Assembly: GCA_964291315.2 (NCBI GenBank)
Contig: OZ219750.1
Coordinates: 352,001 to 416,000 of the forward strand
Source: Candidatus Poribacteria bacterium
GTDB taxonomy: Bacteria; Poribacteria; WGA-4E; WGA-3G
DNA: 64,000 nucleotides
Direction: 5' to 3'
In this document: piece after piece, positions 41,615 to 51,269 of the stretch
Layout of the letters: the number at the start of each line of letters is the position of its first letter
How positions within the stretch are numbered: the first letter of the stretch is position 1
The notes under the pieces: model-generated
The model's database searches: none
What the model was told of the DNA's origin: nothing
What the model saw: the letters and a program-made list of their open reading frames with translations, nothing else
Made by a program: the position numbers and the translations under genes

Positions 41615-41703
41615 ATCCGTTCCTCGATGGGTTGTCAAATGGCAGCTGTCAGTACGGTTTGCTACACAAACCTTTCAGTCGCGAGTTAAGGGTCAATAGA
41701 GAC

Positions 41704-42945
41704 TTATCGCTTGCTTGTGTTTCCATGTTTGCACTGATTGCCAATTGTTATTTTTTTTTCAATCTGTGTGTAGACGTGCTCTAAGCGTTCCCCGATGACC
41801 TCCCAGCTATAGTTGGTTTCGACACGGTTTCTAGCAGTTTGGGCGATATTTTCTCGCAGTTGTTTATTGTCTAGCAGGTGGATAACCTCTTCGGCAAAGG
41901 CTTTCGGTGTATCGGCGACGCGTAACTCTTTCCCAATTTCTGCCTGTAATCCCATTGCCCCGACAGAAGTTGTGACGACGGGCACTTTCATTGCCATTGC
42001 TTCCAAATTTTTGGTTTGTATTCCTGATCCGGCGCGTAAAGGTGCGACAAAAACGGACGCTTCTTCGAAATACGGACGGACATCGGGGACGTGCCCGGTA
42101 ACGACGATGCTGTTATGTGTCCTAAGCCGCTGTACCTGATCAGATGGATGATTTCCTACGATGTAAAAACGCGCTTTAGGATGCTGTTCTCGAACGCGTG
42201 GGAAAATTTCGTTGCAGAAATAGATCGCGGCGTCCGAGTTCGGAAAATAGTTCATTGTTCCAGTAAAAAGCAGCATCGGCGAAGCGGAGGGCTGGGTGTG
42301 TAGGCTTGGATTCGGTCGGAAATATCCGAGGTCAACCCCCATCGGAACGATCGATAAATTGAGGCTATTGTCCTGCTTCAACAGATAGTCTCGGTCGAAA
42401 TGTGCGACGACGGTGCCGCAGTCAAAAGCCTTCATAATGGTGATTTCATAGCGCCGTACTCGCTGCTCCTCCAATTTTACCAAAAAACGTTTTGCAATAC
42501 AATCTAAATTTGCGCGTCGGTTGAGATTGAGCGCCAGAGAATCACACAAATCTAAAACTTTTGCTGGGGCTTGTGCGTCCGTCACGTATTGTCCCATTCG
42601 GAAGAGTTGTGCATGAATAAGCTCGAAGCGTTCTTCTGACAGAATTTGGTTAACCTTACGTTGCATCTGTGGGGCGTACCAGTAGTGCAGCTGAAGTGGG
42701 TGCTTCGATAAGCAGTGAAGTCCGGTATTCAAGAATGCAAAATAACGATGGAAACGCACCCACTCTACCCGTTCACAAAAGGATTCCAAGTGTTTCGCTG
42801 ATTCAATATCGCTCTCGGATTCAGCAAAATAAACGAGCGTTATAGCATGTTGTTTCGAAAGCTGCTTGATAAAGTGGTACGACCGAATCCTGTCGCCTCG
42901 ATGTGGTGGGTACGGGCACCGGAGGCTTAAAAATAAAATTTTCAT
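41704..42945 (-). CDS. GT4 glycosyltransferase (similar to PEP-CTERM/exosortase-associated TIGR03087 type)
   Basis: PYPPHRGDRIR, FTGTMNYFPN, GSGIQTKNLEAMAM. Confidence 0.9.
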   Translation of the reverse strand: MKILFLSLRCPYPPHRGDRIRSYHFIKQLSKQHAITLVYFAESESDIESAKHLESFCERVEWVRFHRYFAFLNTGLHCLSKHPLQLHYWYAPQMQRKVNQILSEERFELIHAQLFRMGQYVTDAQAPAKVLDLCDSLALNLNRRANLDCIAKRFLVKLEEQRVRRYEITIMKAFDCGTVVAHFDRDYLLKQDNSLNLSIVPMGVDLGYFRPNPSLHTQPSASPMLLFTGTMNYFPNSDAAIYFCNEIFPRVREQHPKARFYIVGNHPSDQVQRLRTHNSIVVTGHVPDVRPYFEEASVFVAPLRAGSGIQTKNLEAMAMKVPVVTTSVGAMGLQAEIGKELRVADTPKAFAEEVIHLLDNKQLRENIAQTARNRVETNYSWEVIGERLEHVYTQIEKKITIGNQCKHGNTSKR

Positions 42946-42978
42946 TTCTGATAGTCGGTGTCTGCTGAGATATGTTTA

Positions 42979-43173
42979 TTATTCTTCGGGCAGCTCGGCT
43001 TCATCAATCAGCATGACTGGAATGCCGTCGCGAATTGGATAACGGCGCTTGCATTCCCCGAGGCATACTAGTTTCTGCTGTTTTTCGATATGTTTTATCT
43101 CACCTCTACATGCCGGACATGCTAGGATGTCAAGTAAAGTTTTAGAGAGTGTATATGGGGTTTCAGAGTTCAA
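42979..43173 (-). CDS. Trm112 family protein (YcaR-like)
   Basis: LLDILACPAC..LVC..C..YPIRDGIPVMLIDEA. Confidence 0.93.
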   Translation of the reverse strand: MNSETPYTLSKTLLDILACPACRGEIKHIEKQQKLVCLGECKRRYPIRDGIPVMLIDEAELPEE

Positions 43174-43322
43174 ACGGATTCTCCATTTGTTGATTTTTGG
43201 CTGTCAAGTTTTCGGTTCCTGTACTTCCTGCGATCAATAAAGAGATATTTGTGGTGGTTGCAAACGTATGTAATACCGGCAGTAAGTGGGTTGTTGATAT
43301 GATAGCCGCTGGCTGACCTGCA

Positions 43323-46112
43323 TTATCTACCGTGGCACCGCTTATACTTCTTGCCGCTTCCACAGGGGCAGGGTGCATTTCTGCCGACTTTTGGCATGGT
43401 ACCCATCGCTTGTTGTGAGGCGAATTCGGCATCGGCACTGTCTGAGGTTGCTTGCCGGTTTCGAGACCTCCTCGGTTGAGGATTACGAGGTTTCCCTGTT
43501 TGGCGACTCGGAGCACGGCGAGGTGCTTCGGTATTAACGCGAGACTTGAATATGAATTCGCTAACTTCTTCCTCAATATGCTGGTACATACTCTCAAAAA
43601 CAGCTAGTGCCTCGTTCTTGAAGACGACGATTGGGTCTTTACCGCCGTAGCCTGCTCCGAACCGGATGCCCTCTTCAATGTAGTCGATATTATAGAGGTG
43701 ATCCTTCCAGTGATCGTCTATTCTATCGAGCAGGAGCAACCGTTCGAGAAGGCGCATCATCTCTGCTCCCATTTCGGATTCGCGTTCCTCATACGCGATG
43801 CGTAATGCCTCCAAGGTCTGCTCTTGGACCTCATCCAGACTTGCTTGTGCTAAAGGCGTTTTCCAAGTCGGCGCAATTGGAAAAGTGTTGGTTAGCCACT
43901 GTTCGAATCTGTCTGGGGTCTCGAAGGTGTCTCCTTTTTCCGACACATTATCGTCGATGGAGTCTGCGACGACTCTCTCAATCATTTCCCAAATTGTGGA
44001 CTTAAGGCTGCCGTGGATTTTGATCTCTTTTTCAGCGAGTGTTGTGAGACCTCCACCTTCTGCTGAATTCCCGTCTTCTGGCGATTCTGCCGAGTCCGTG
44101 CCGGAAACGAGAACGGTATCGCGCAAGGTATAGATGGTGTCGCGTTGTGAATCCATGACATCATCAAATTTGAGGAGGTTTTTGCGGATTTCAAAATGCA
44201 TCTGCTCAACGCGGGTTTGCGCTTTCTCGATGGATTTGGTGACCCAGGGGTGTTCCAAGGGGACCTCTTCGTCCATTCCGACACGTGTCATTAACCCTTG
44301 CAAGCGCTCGGATCCGAATTTCCGCATCAATTCATCTTCAAGAGAGAGGTAAAATCGCGATGAGCCGGGGTCGCCTTGTCTCCCGGATCGTCCGCGGAGC
44401 TGGTTGTCGATACGTCTTGACTCGTGTCGTTCTGTGCCGACGATATGGAGGCCGCCAGCGGCTAGTACTTCTTCTCGGTTTTTGTTACAAATCGCTTCCG
44501 CTTTTGCGAGAGCCGTCTGGTATTCTTCGGATTCTGGGGAGAGGGCATCTACTTTAACTTTCTGTTTGCGGAGCATTTCGGTTGCTAGACCTTCGGCATT
44601 GCCGCCGAGAAGGATGTCTACACCTCTACCAGCCATATTGGTAGCGATTGTAACGGCTCCCGGGATGCCTGCTTGTGCGATAATATCCGCTTCGTGTGCA
44701 TGCTCTTTGGCGTTCAAAACTTGATGTCGGATGTTTCGATGTTTAGCTCTGAGCATTTTGCTTAATTTCTCGGAATTTTCGATGGAAACTGTGCCGACAA
44801 GGACAGGCCGTCCGTTTTCATGCTGCTCGACGATGTCTTGTAAGACGGACTTGTATTTTCCTTCTTCGGTTTTATAAATCTGGTCGGGGTTGTCTATCCG
44901 AATCATCGGTTCGTTTGTTGGTATAACGGTCACTTCTAATCCGTAGATGTGTGCGAACTCGTTTGCCTCTGTGGCGGCGGTTCCAGTCATACCTGCGAGT
45001 TTATCGTACATCCGGAAATAGTTTTGGTAGGTAATCTTGGCACCGGTTTGGTTTTCCTGAAGGATTCTAACGCGTTCTTTTGCTTCAATCGCTTGGTGGA
45101 GCCCTTCGCTTAGGCGTCTACCGACTTGTTTGCGTCCTGTGAATTCATCGACGAGGAGGACTTCTCCGTTTTCAACAAGGTAATCAACGTCGCGTTTGTA
45201 GAGATGGTGTGCGCTGAGTGCTTGATTGACATGGTGCACCATAGCGATATTGGTGTGTTCATAGAGGTTTCCTACGCCGAGGTGTCGTTCGACTTCTTCG
45301 ACGCCTTCGTCGGTGAGGGTTACACTACCGCGTGATTTCCCTTGTTGATCTATTTGGAAGTGTTCATCTTTACGGAGCTCGGTGACGACGCTGTTGATTT
45401 GTTTGTAGAGGTCAGCGGGTTTGCCGGAGGGTTCTGAAATGATGAGCGGTGTGCGTGCTTCGTCGATGAGGATGCTATCGACTTCATCAAGGATAGCGTA
45501 GACGTGTCCGCGTTGCACCTTTGCCTCAAACGAAAGTGCCTTGTTATCCCAGAGGTAATCGAATCCGAATTCGCTGTGAACGCCGTAGGTAATGTCTGCT
45601 TTGTAGCCGAGTCGTTTTTGTTCGTGAGGCATCTGGCTGAGTGTTAATCCTACGGAGAGTCCGAGGAAGTTATAAATCTTCCCCATCCATTCCGCGTCGC
45701 GGCGAGCGAGATAGTCATTGACGGTTGCGAGATGTACGCCTTTTCCTGTTAGTGCGTTGAGATAGACAGCAAGGGTTGAGGTGAGCGTTTTACCTTCGCC
45801 TGTCCGCATCTCAGCGATATTGCCTTGGTGGAGCGCGATGCCACCCATGATTTGCACATCATAATGTCGTTGTTTCAACGTCCGAACTGCGGCTTCTCGG
45901 ACGACAGCGAATGCCTCTGGTAAGATAGCATCAAGCGACTCGCCAGCATCTAATTGTTGACGGAGAGCTGGTGTTTTGGATTGCAGCTGTGTGTCTGTGA
46001 GTTTTTTGAGTGCGGGTTCGTGCTGATTGACGGCTTCAACAGTGGCCCGAAACTTTTTAACATCCCGGTCTTCTTTGCTACCAAATACTTTGGTTATCAC
46101 TTTTTGGAACAT
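43323..46112 (-). CDS. secA: preprotein translocase subunit SecA
   Basis: [71 protein letters not shown]. Confidence 0.99.
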   Translation of the reverse strand: MFQKVITKVFGSKEDRDVKKFRATVEAVNQHEPALKKLTDTQLQSKTPALRQQLDAGESLDAILPEAFAVVREAAVRTLKQRHYDVQIMGGIALHQGNIAEMRTGEGKTLTSTLAVYLNALTGKGVHLATVNDYLARRDAEWMGKIYNFLGLSVGLTLSQMPHEQKRLGYKADITYGVHSEFGFDYLWDNKALSFEAKVQRGHVYAILDEVDSILIDEARTPLIISEPSGKPADLYKQINSVVTELRKDEHFQIDQQGKSRGSVTLTDEGVEEVERHLGVGNLYEHTNIAMVHHVNQALSAHHLYKRDVDYLVENGEVLLVDEFTGRKQVGRRLSEGLHQAIEAKERVRILQENQTGAKITYQNYFRMYDKLAGMTGTAATEANEFAHIYGLEVTVIPTNEPMIRIDNPDQIYKTEEGKYKSVLQDIVEQHENGRPVLVGTVSIENSEKLSKMLRAKHRNIRHQVLNAKEHAHEADIIAQAGIPGAVTIATNMAGRGVDILLGGNAEGLATEMLRKQKVKVDALSPESEEYQTALAKAEAICNKNREEVLAAGGLHIVGTERHESRRIDNQLRGRSGRQGDPGSSRFYLSLEDELMRKFGSERLQGLMTRVGMDEEVPLEHPWVTKSIEKAQTRVEQMHFEIRKNLLKFDDVMDSQRDTIYTLRDTVLVSGTDSAESPEDGNSAEGGGLTTLAEKEIKIHGSLKSTIWEMIERVVADSIDDNVSEKGDTFETPDRFEQWLTNTFPIAPTWKTPLAQASLDEVQEQTLEALRIAYEERESEMGAEMMRLLERLLLLDRIDDHWKDHLYNIDYIEEGIRFGAGYGGKDPIVVFKNEALAVFESMYQHIEEEVSEFIFKSRVNTEAPRRAPSRQTGKPRNPQPRRSRNRQATSDSADAEFASQQAMGTMPKVGRNAPCPCGSGKKYKRCHGR

Positions 46113-46237
46113 AGTCGTTATCCTATTGTAAAGGGTTCGGTTGTCAGAAACGGGCATCTTTCTGACCTATAACCGGTGCAAGAAATCTCTGGTTTTTAAG
46201 CCTTTGGTCGGCAAGCACGAAAACCCTACCCTTAATT

Positions 46238-47377
46238 CTATATCTCTGTCGGTTCTGGGTCGAGGTGGACTAACAAATTCTGTCCGTCTATTTTCTTACG
46301 TAATATCGTATAAATCACCGTATTTCCAACAGAGGCGATTGAAAACACATGAGCGACAACGAGTGCTGCCCCGATGAGTATTGTGATTGTCAGAAAAATA
46401 GCCGCCACTGTTGTTGTGAGAGCTGCACTTTCTTGTGTGCCCCTGCTGATGTCGAAGACACCGAAAGCGTTGATATAAGGGAGTGCTGCTAACTTTTCGA
46501 TAGCGCCACTGAGCCAGCCGTTTGCATGGCTCATAAAAGTTTTCATCTCTTCGGCGTGTAGGAGGCATATCGGGAGCATCACAAGCGAGAAACCGTAGAG
46601 ACAAAAAAACGCCCAGATAGGGACAAAGATAAGTTTGATAAGAAACACCAGTACTTCATAGCACACTGCATGCCACGGTTTGTTCCAAACGATGGCGAAT
46701 TGCTGATAAATTGTTTCAAATGCATCTGCCCCTGTTGTAGCGACGACAACGGGCACAAAGAGCAGGCTTACACTGAGGACCACTGTGATTAATGCTATCA
46801 GCACACCGAAGAGGAAACCGATCGGCATGAACACGGAGGCGAGCGTGAGAAACGGTTTACCGATTATCGGCAGCTTTCCAAGTCCGGCGACCCCGAGGGG
46901 TATTAACGTCAGAAATATTAGGATGAAGAGTAAGCCGATGAACGCACCCAAAACGGATTTCCAGTGTGCTTTTAGGAATGTTACAGCATCCGCCACCGGA
47001 AAGAAGAAGTCTCCACGAAGTTGTTCAACTGTTATTTTGGAAACTACCGTGCTTGCGAAAAAAAAGATACAAGCGAAACTTATTGTGCCTATCCACATCG
47101 CGATTTCAGTTATTTGTGTGAGTTCCGCGTCCCCGAAGGGTGTTACCGGTAGGAGCCCGTGCTGGTTCCAAAAGTCTTGTACTGCGGTTTCTCCGATGGT
47201 GAAGAGACTGAGATATACCAAGATTTCATAAGTCAGGTACGCGAGCAGGAGTCCAATAAAATGGACGCAGATTTTTCGTCCGCTGAATCCGTAGCGGATA
47301 ACTTGAAAAATATCTCTGAAATCGAAATAACATTTTTCCATTTTTCCATGTAGGAATTCTTCTATAATTTTACTCAC
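46238..47377 (-). CDS. hypothetical polytopic membrane protein
   Basis: Long ORF with several TM helices; TTGACA-N18-TATCAT at 47389-47418. Confidence 0.75.
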   Translation of the reverse strand: MSKIIEEFLHGKMEKCYFDFRDIFQVIRYGFSGRKICVHFIGLLLAYLTYEILVYLSLFTIGETAVQDFWNQHGLLPVTPFGDAELTQITEIAMWIGTISFACIFFFASTVVSKITVEQLRGDFFFPVADAVTFLKAHWKSVLGAFIGLLFILIFLTLIPLGVAGLGKLPIIGKPFLTLASVFMPIGFLFGVLIALITVVLSVSLLFVPVVVATTGADAFETIYQQFAIVWNKPWHAVCYEVLVFLIKLIFVPIWAFFCLYGFSLVMLPICLLHAEEMKTFMSHANGWLSGAIEKLAALPYINAFGVFDISRGTQESAALTTTVAAIFLTITILIGAALVVAHVFSIASVGNTVIYTILRKKIDGQNLLVHLDPEPTEI

Positions 47378-47535
47378 TTTGTATCTTAATGATACTACAA
47401 TTTGCGCGGTTCTGTCAAATCTTTATTTTCGTGGTTAGGGTTGTCTCTTTTTCCATTTTGTTGATTTTGGTAGGAGGAACTAGCAGCTGGAGGGTTACTC
47501 CTCCAAAAATTGTCGGGGTTCATGAATGGGGCTGT

Positions 47536-48294
47536 TTAGTTATCGGTTATGGATTGTCGGTTTTCAGTTGTAGGTGCAACGACTTTGGCGGTGACAGGGA
47601 AAGTCAAAGTACGTTCGTTGGGGAACGCTACAGTGAGTAAGGATGTGAAGTGTCCCCTGTTTGTCAGGGGGCCCAGCTGAATAGTAATAAGGGCGGTATC
47701 TGGTGCCATTTTCCATGTTAGGTTTGGATGGTTTGATGGCAAGAGCCGGATAGCGGCTCTGTTAAGTGGGGCATGGACGGCAAGGGTAAAGGTTTTTTGA
47801 TGGCGGGTCTCGAGTTGAATATCCCCGAAATCGCAGACATCGGGGGTAAGCACTGCGAACCGTTTTGCAGCAGCGATGATCGTCAAATGGACAGTCGGGG
47901 TTTTCGAACTGTCTGTAAAAAAGGTCGCTGTTACTGAAGTCTCGTCGTCAGGTAGGAATTCTGGGTTGATGGTTATCTGGAAGGTCACTTCTGTCTTTGG
48001 TGGAATCGCCCCTGGTGCTGTGATTTCGGCATAACTGCACCCTATATGGACGTTTTGAATGTGAAATGCGTTTTTACTAGTGTTTCGTGCTATTAGGGAC
48101 CGTGTTACGGGGCCTTCCCATTCTCGGAGGATTCCGAAGTCAATAGCGTACTGTTCTAGAGCTAGTTCGGGTGCAGGATACTGCGGGTTGTTGATGAGGA
48201 CGATAATAAGCCCAGAGATCAGGAGAGTCGGTATAATAACGGTTGTGAGGATTGTGCGTTTGGACATAGTTTGCATCAATATATATTGTATCAC
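47536..48294 (-). CDS. DUF1573-like Ig-fold protein
   Basis: IDFG..RN..IQNVHIGCS...IPP pattern, second CDFG repeat; N-terminal TM. Confidence 0.7.
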   Translation of the reverse strand: MIQYILMQTMSKRTILTTVIIPTLLISGLIIVLINNPQYPAPELALEQYAIDFGILREWEGPVTRSLIARNTSKNAFHIQNVHIGCSYAEITAPGAIPPKTEVTFQITINPEFLPDDETSVTATFFTDSSKTPTVHLTIIAAAKRFAVLTPDVCDFGDIQLETRHQKTFTLAVHAPLNRAAIRLLPSNHPNLTWKMAPDTALITIQLGPLTNRGHFTSLLTVAFPNERTLTFPVTAKVVAPTTENRQSITDN

Positions 48295-48387
48295 TCTTCA
48301 GCAAAATAGACAATTTTTTTCTTGCGTATCGGAGAAAGCGACCCCCGGCAGAGAGATGCGTTCGTCTGTGAGGTCGTCTATTTTCTA

Positions 48388-48840
48388 TATGATACGGGTC
48401 CCCGCTCGAACTTGGCGCAGTGGATAGAGCTCTACAACAGTTCTATGAGCGAGACGATAGACCTTGCGGGCTGGGAGTTAGAAATCCGCAACGAGCGGAC
48501 AGTGACTGGTTCGTATGTCAATGCGAAGTTCACATTTGATGCGGACACGTATCTGCCGCCGAATCAGACGTTGCTGCTGGTGTGGAACAATAGTGCGAAC
48601 GATGTTGCGGAGAACTACGTTTATAACTTGCAGGAGAATCACGGGAGTGCTCTGGGTTTGACAATGCGGGGGCGGCTACTGCTGAGTGCGGAGAGTTTCT
48701 ACCTGGAGCTGCGTGCAAAGGTCAGCGGAGGCGCTCCGACGGTTATGGACACAGCCGGCAACCTTGAGATAGCAGGGACGGTGCGCACCCAGGCGTGGGA
48801 TCTGCCCGAGCGCGGTGAGATGCGGATGTCTACTGTCCGT
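48388..48840 (+). pseudogene. partial copy of the LTD surface-protein gene (third LTD only)
   Basis: YDTGPRSNLAQWIELYNSSM..PPNQTLLLV..QAWDLPERGE matches the 24.5-30.3 kb genes; no signal peptide or C-terminal tail. Confidence 0.8.
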
Positions 48841-48872
48841 AGTGAAATATCTCTGAATGTTGCGTTTTTGGC

Positions 48873-48901
48873 TTGACTATGCATGTGTTATGTGTTATGT
48901 T
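48873..48901 (+). promoter_or_regulatory. possible sigma-70 promoter TTGACT-N17-TATGTT
   Basis: Upstream of AGGAGG RBS and ATG 48982. Confidence 0.5.
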
Positions 48902-48981
48902 ACTATCATTGACGCGACTCTATGGAATTTATCACATTTTCGTTAGATGTGTCTATTATCGGCAAATTAGAGGAGGTACCT

Positions 48982-50331
48982 ATGTTAACGGCGATCAGTG
49001 TAAGTATAAATATTTCCGTGTTAGTGTTCGTTGCCTATCTATTGAGATTGGCTGTCAAGCAAAAGCGGAGACTGGATCGGTTTCAAGGGGTAGTTGACGT
49101 GGAGGCAGAGCATGCCAGGACAAAGGGTGTGCTTGAGGCAGAGAAATCTGAAATTAATAGGGCGTTAACTAAATTATACCAAAAACGGGATGAGGTCCTA
49201 GAAGAGAAGTCGCAGGCTGAAAGTAAGCTGGCATCTCTAAATAAGCAATTGACGACTCTTGAGGATGAAGTGAATATACAGAATCATGGGTTGTATCAGC
49301 CGAAATACGATCTTGAATTCTCGACTGAATTGAAGAATAGGCTTGATCGGACCCGCAAAAATCAGAAATTAATGATTCGGAAAAAAACGGCTGTCATCTG
49401 TTCAACTAACTGGACTGTTGACGGTAGCAAGGCCTCTGGCACGAAAATGGCCAACAGACAAATCCAATTGATGGCGCGCGCCTTTAATGGTGAATGTGAT
49501 TCAGTAATCCCAAAGGTGCGTTATAATAATTATTGGCGTATAGTAGATCGAATGACAGAAGCCTATCGTGCTATTAACAAACTTGGAGAACTACAGAGTT
49601 GTAGAATACAAGAATCTTACTTCAATTTGAAGATAGAAGAACTTGCGGTTGTCCATGAATATCAAGAACAACTCCAATTTGAGAAAGAGGAAAAGCAGCG
49701 GATTAAGGAACAAATCAGAGAGGATCAGCGCGCTCAGCGCGAGCTGAAAAAGGCACTATTGGAGATAGAGAAAGAGGAGAAGCGTTACCAGAAGGCTATG
49801 GAGAAGGCACGGCAAGACATCGAGCATGCGTCCGGAAAAACACAGAAAAGGTTGCAATTGGAGATTCAACGACTCAACGGATTGTTGCGGGAAACACAGA
49901 AGAATAGAGAGCGAGCAATGTCTCGTGTACAGATGACTCAGGCTGGCCACGTTTATATCATTTCCAACATCGGTTCGTTTGGGGAAAACATTTACAAAAT
50001 CGGGATGACCCGCCGATTGGAACCCACTGATAGTGTAAGAGAGCTTGGAGATGATTCTGTGCCGTTCCATTTTGATATTCACGCGATGATTTACTCAGAA
50101 GACGCATCTGCCCTTGAAAATCATTTGCATGGATGTCTTGAAGAGCGAAGTGTCAATCGCATTAACGTTCGCTGCGGCTTTTTCAATGTCAGGCTTGAGG
50201 AGATTGAGAAACTCGTTCGGGAGTATAATACGGATGCCCATTTTATTCGAGTGCCGCCCGCGGAGGAATTCAGAAAAACAGAATCGATTGTTGCTCAGGA
50301 GAGGAGTGAAGATTCTGGCGTCCCACAGTGA
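48982..50331 (+). CDS. DUF4041 + T5orf172/MUG113 (GIY-YIG-like) domain protein
   Basis: WTVDGS..G.KM, RAFNGECD, coiled coil, GHVYIISNIGSFGENIYKIGMTRRLEP, VPFHFDIHA. Confidence 0.9.
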   Translation: MLTAISVSINISVLVFVAYLLRLAVKQKRRLDRFQGVVDVEAEHARTKGVLEAEKSEINRALTKLYQKRDEVLEEKSQAESKLASLNKQLTTLEDEVNIQNHGLYQPKYDLEFSTELKNRLDRTRKNQKLMIRKKTAVICSTNWTVDGSKASGTKMANRQIQLMARAFNGECDSVIPKVRYNNYWRIVDRMTEAYRAINKLGELQSCRIQESYFNLKIEELAVVHEYQEQLQFEKEEKQRIKEQIREDQRAQRELKKALLEIEKEEKRYQKAMEKARQDIEHASGKTQKRLQLEIQRLNGLLRETQKNRERAMSRVQMTQAGHVYIISNIGSFGENIYKIGMTRRLEPTDSVRELGDDSVPFHFDIHAMIYSEDASALENHLHGCLEERSVNRINVRCGFFNVRLEEIEKLVREYNTDAHFIRVPPAEEFRKTESIVAQERSEDSGVPQ

Positions 50332-50372
50332 CAAAAGATTGCTACAGCAGGCAATTTTTTAGGGGGTTAGGG

Positions 50373-51161
50373 ATGTCCATTAAAACAGTAGAAAAGGACT
50401 TTATTGATAAAGTCTCGGAGAAAATTAAGCTTTCAGCCGAGGGCAACGAACGTTTTCGTGTATTGAACCCTTTCCAATTCGAAGATGGCGATCAGTTAGT
50501 CATTGTCCTAAAAAGAGAGGGTAAGCGATGGATACTTTCCGACGAGGCACATACCTATATGCATCTCACCTATGAGATTGATGAGCGCCATCTGCATAAA
50601 GGGGAACGCCAGAAGATTATCTTAAACGCCCTTTCCATGTTTGATGTTGAAGATCGCAACGGGGAGTTAATACTTGATGTGTCCGATGGACATTATGGGG
50701 ACGCACTTTACGACTTTGTTCAGGCGCTTCTTAAGATAATAGACGTGTCATACCTGTCAAAAGAACGTGTTAGATCTACGTTTATAGAAGATTTTCGCGC
50801 AGTGTTGCATGAGCTGTTACATAAAAAGTTATCATATCCGAAAGAACGTGTGTTTTTTGATTGGTCGCATCGAAAGCTCGATCCACAGAAAAATTATAGG
50901 GTAGATTGTCGAATTAATGGGATGCCCGATTCTCTTTTTGTGTGCGCTCTTGCTAATGATAATAGGGCTCGTGATGCTACGATCGCATTACATCGGTTCA
51001 GAGAGTGGGGAGTGCCTTTTCGCCCACTAGGTATCATCAAAGATTCAAAAGCTATTAGTAATAGTGTATTGGCTCGTTTCGGCGATGTGTGCCAGCACTA
51101 TTTCATAGGTATAGATGAAAGCTACGCAAGTATTGCACACTATATAGATGAGAATACCTGA
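50373..51161 (+). CDS. DUF1828-domain protein
   Basis: PFQFEDGDQLVIVL..WILSDEAHT pattern; C-terminal YRVDCRING. Confidence 0.75.
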   Translation: MSIKTVEKDFIDKVSEKIKLSAEGNERFRVLNPFQFEDGDQLVIVLKREGKRWILSDEAHTYMHLTYEIDERHLHKGERQKIILNALSMFDVEDRNGELILDVSDGHYGDALYDFVQALLKIIDVSYLSKERVRSTFIEDFRAVLHELLHKKLSYPKERVFFDWSHRKLDPQKNYRVDCRINGMPDSLFVCALANDNRARDATIALHRFREWGVPFRPLGIIKDSKAISNSVLARFGDVCQHYFIGIDESYASIAHYIDENT

Positions 51162-51269
51162 AGTGATATATCGCCGCCACAATCTTTTGCGTAATAAGCG
51201 ATGGAATTCCTTGTTGGAGATAGACTTTATTTTTTGGAGATAAATTGTATAGTTTAAATAGGGAGCGTC

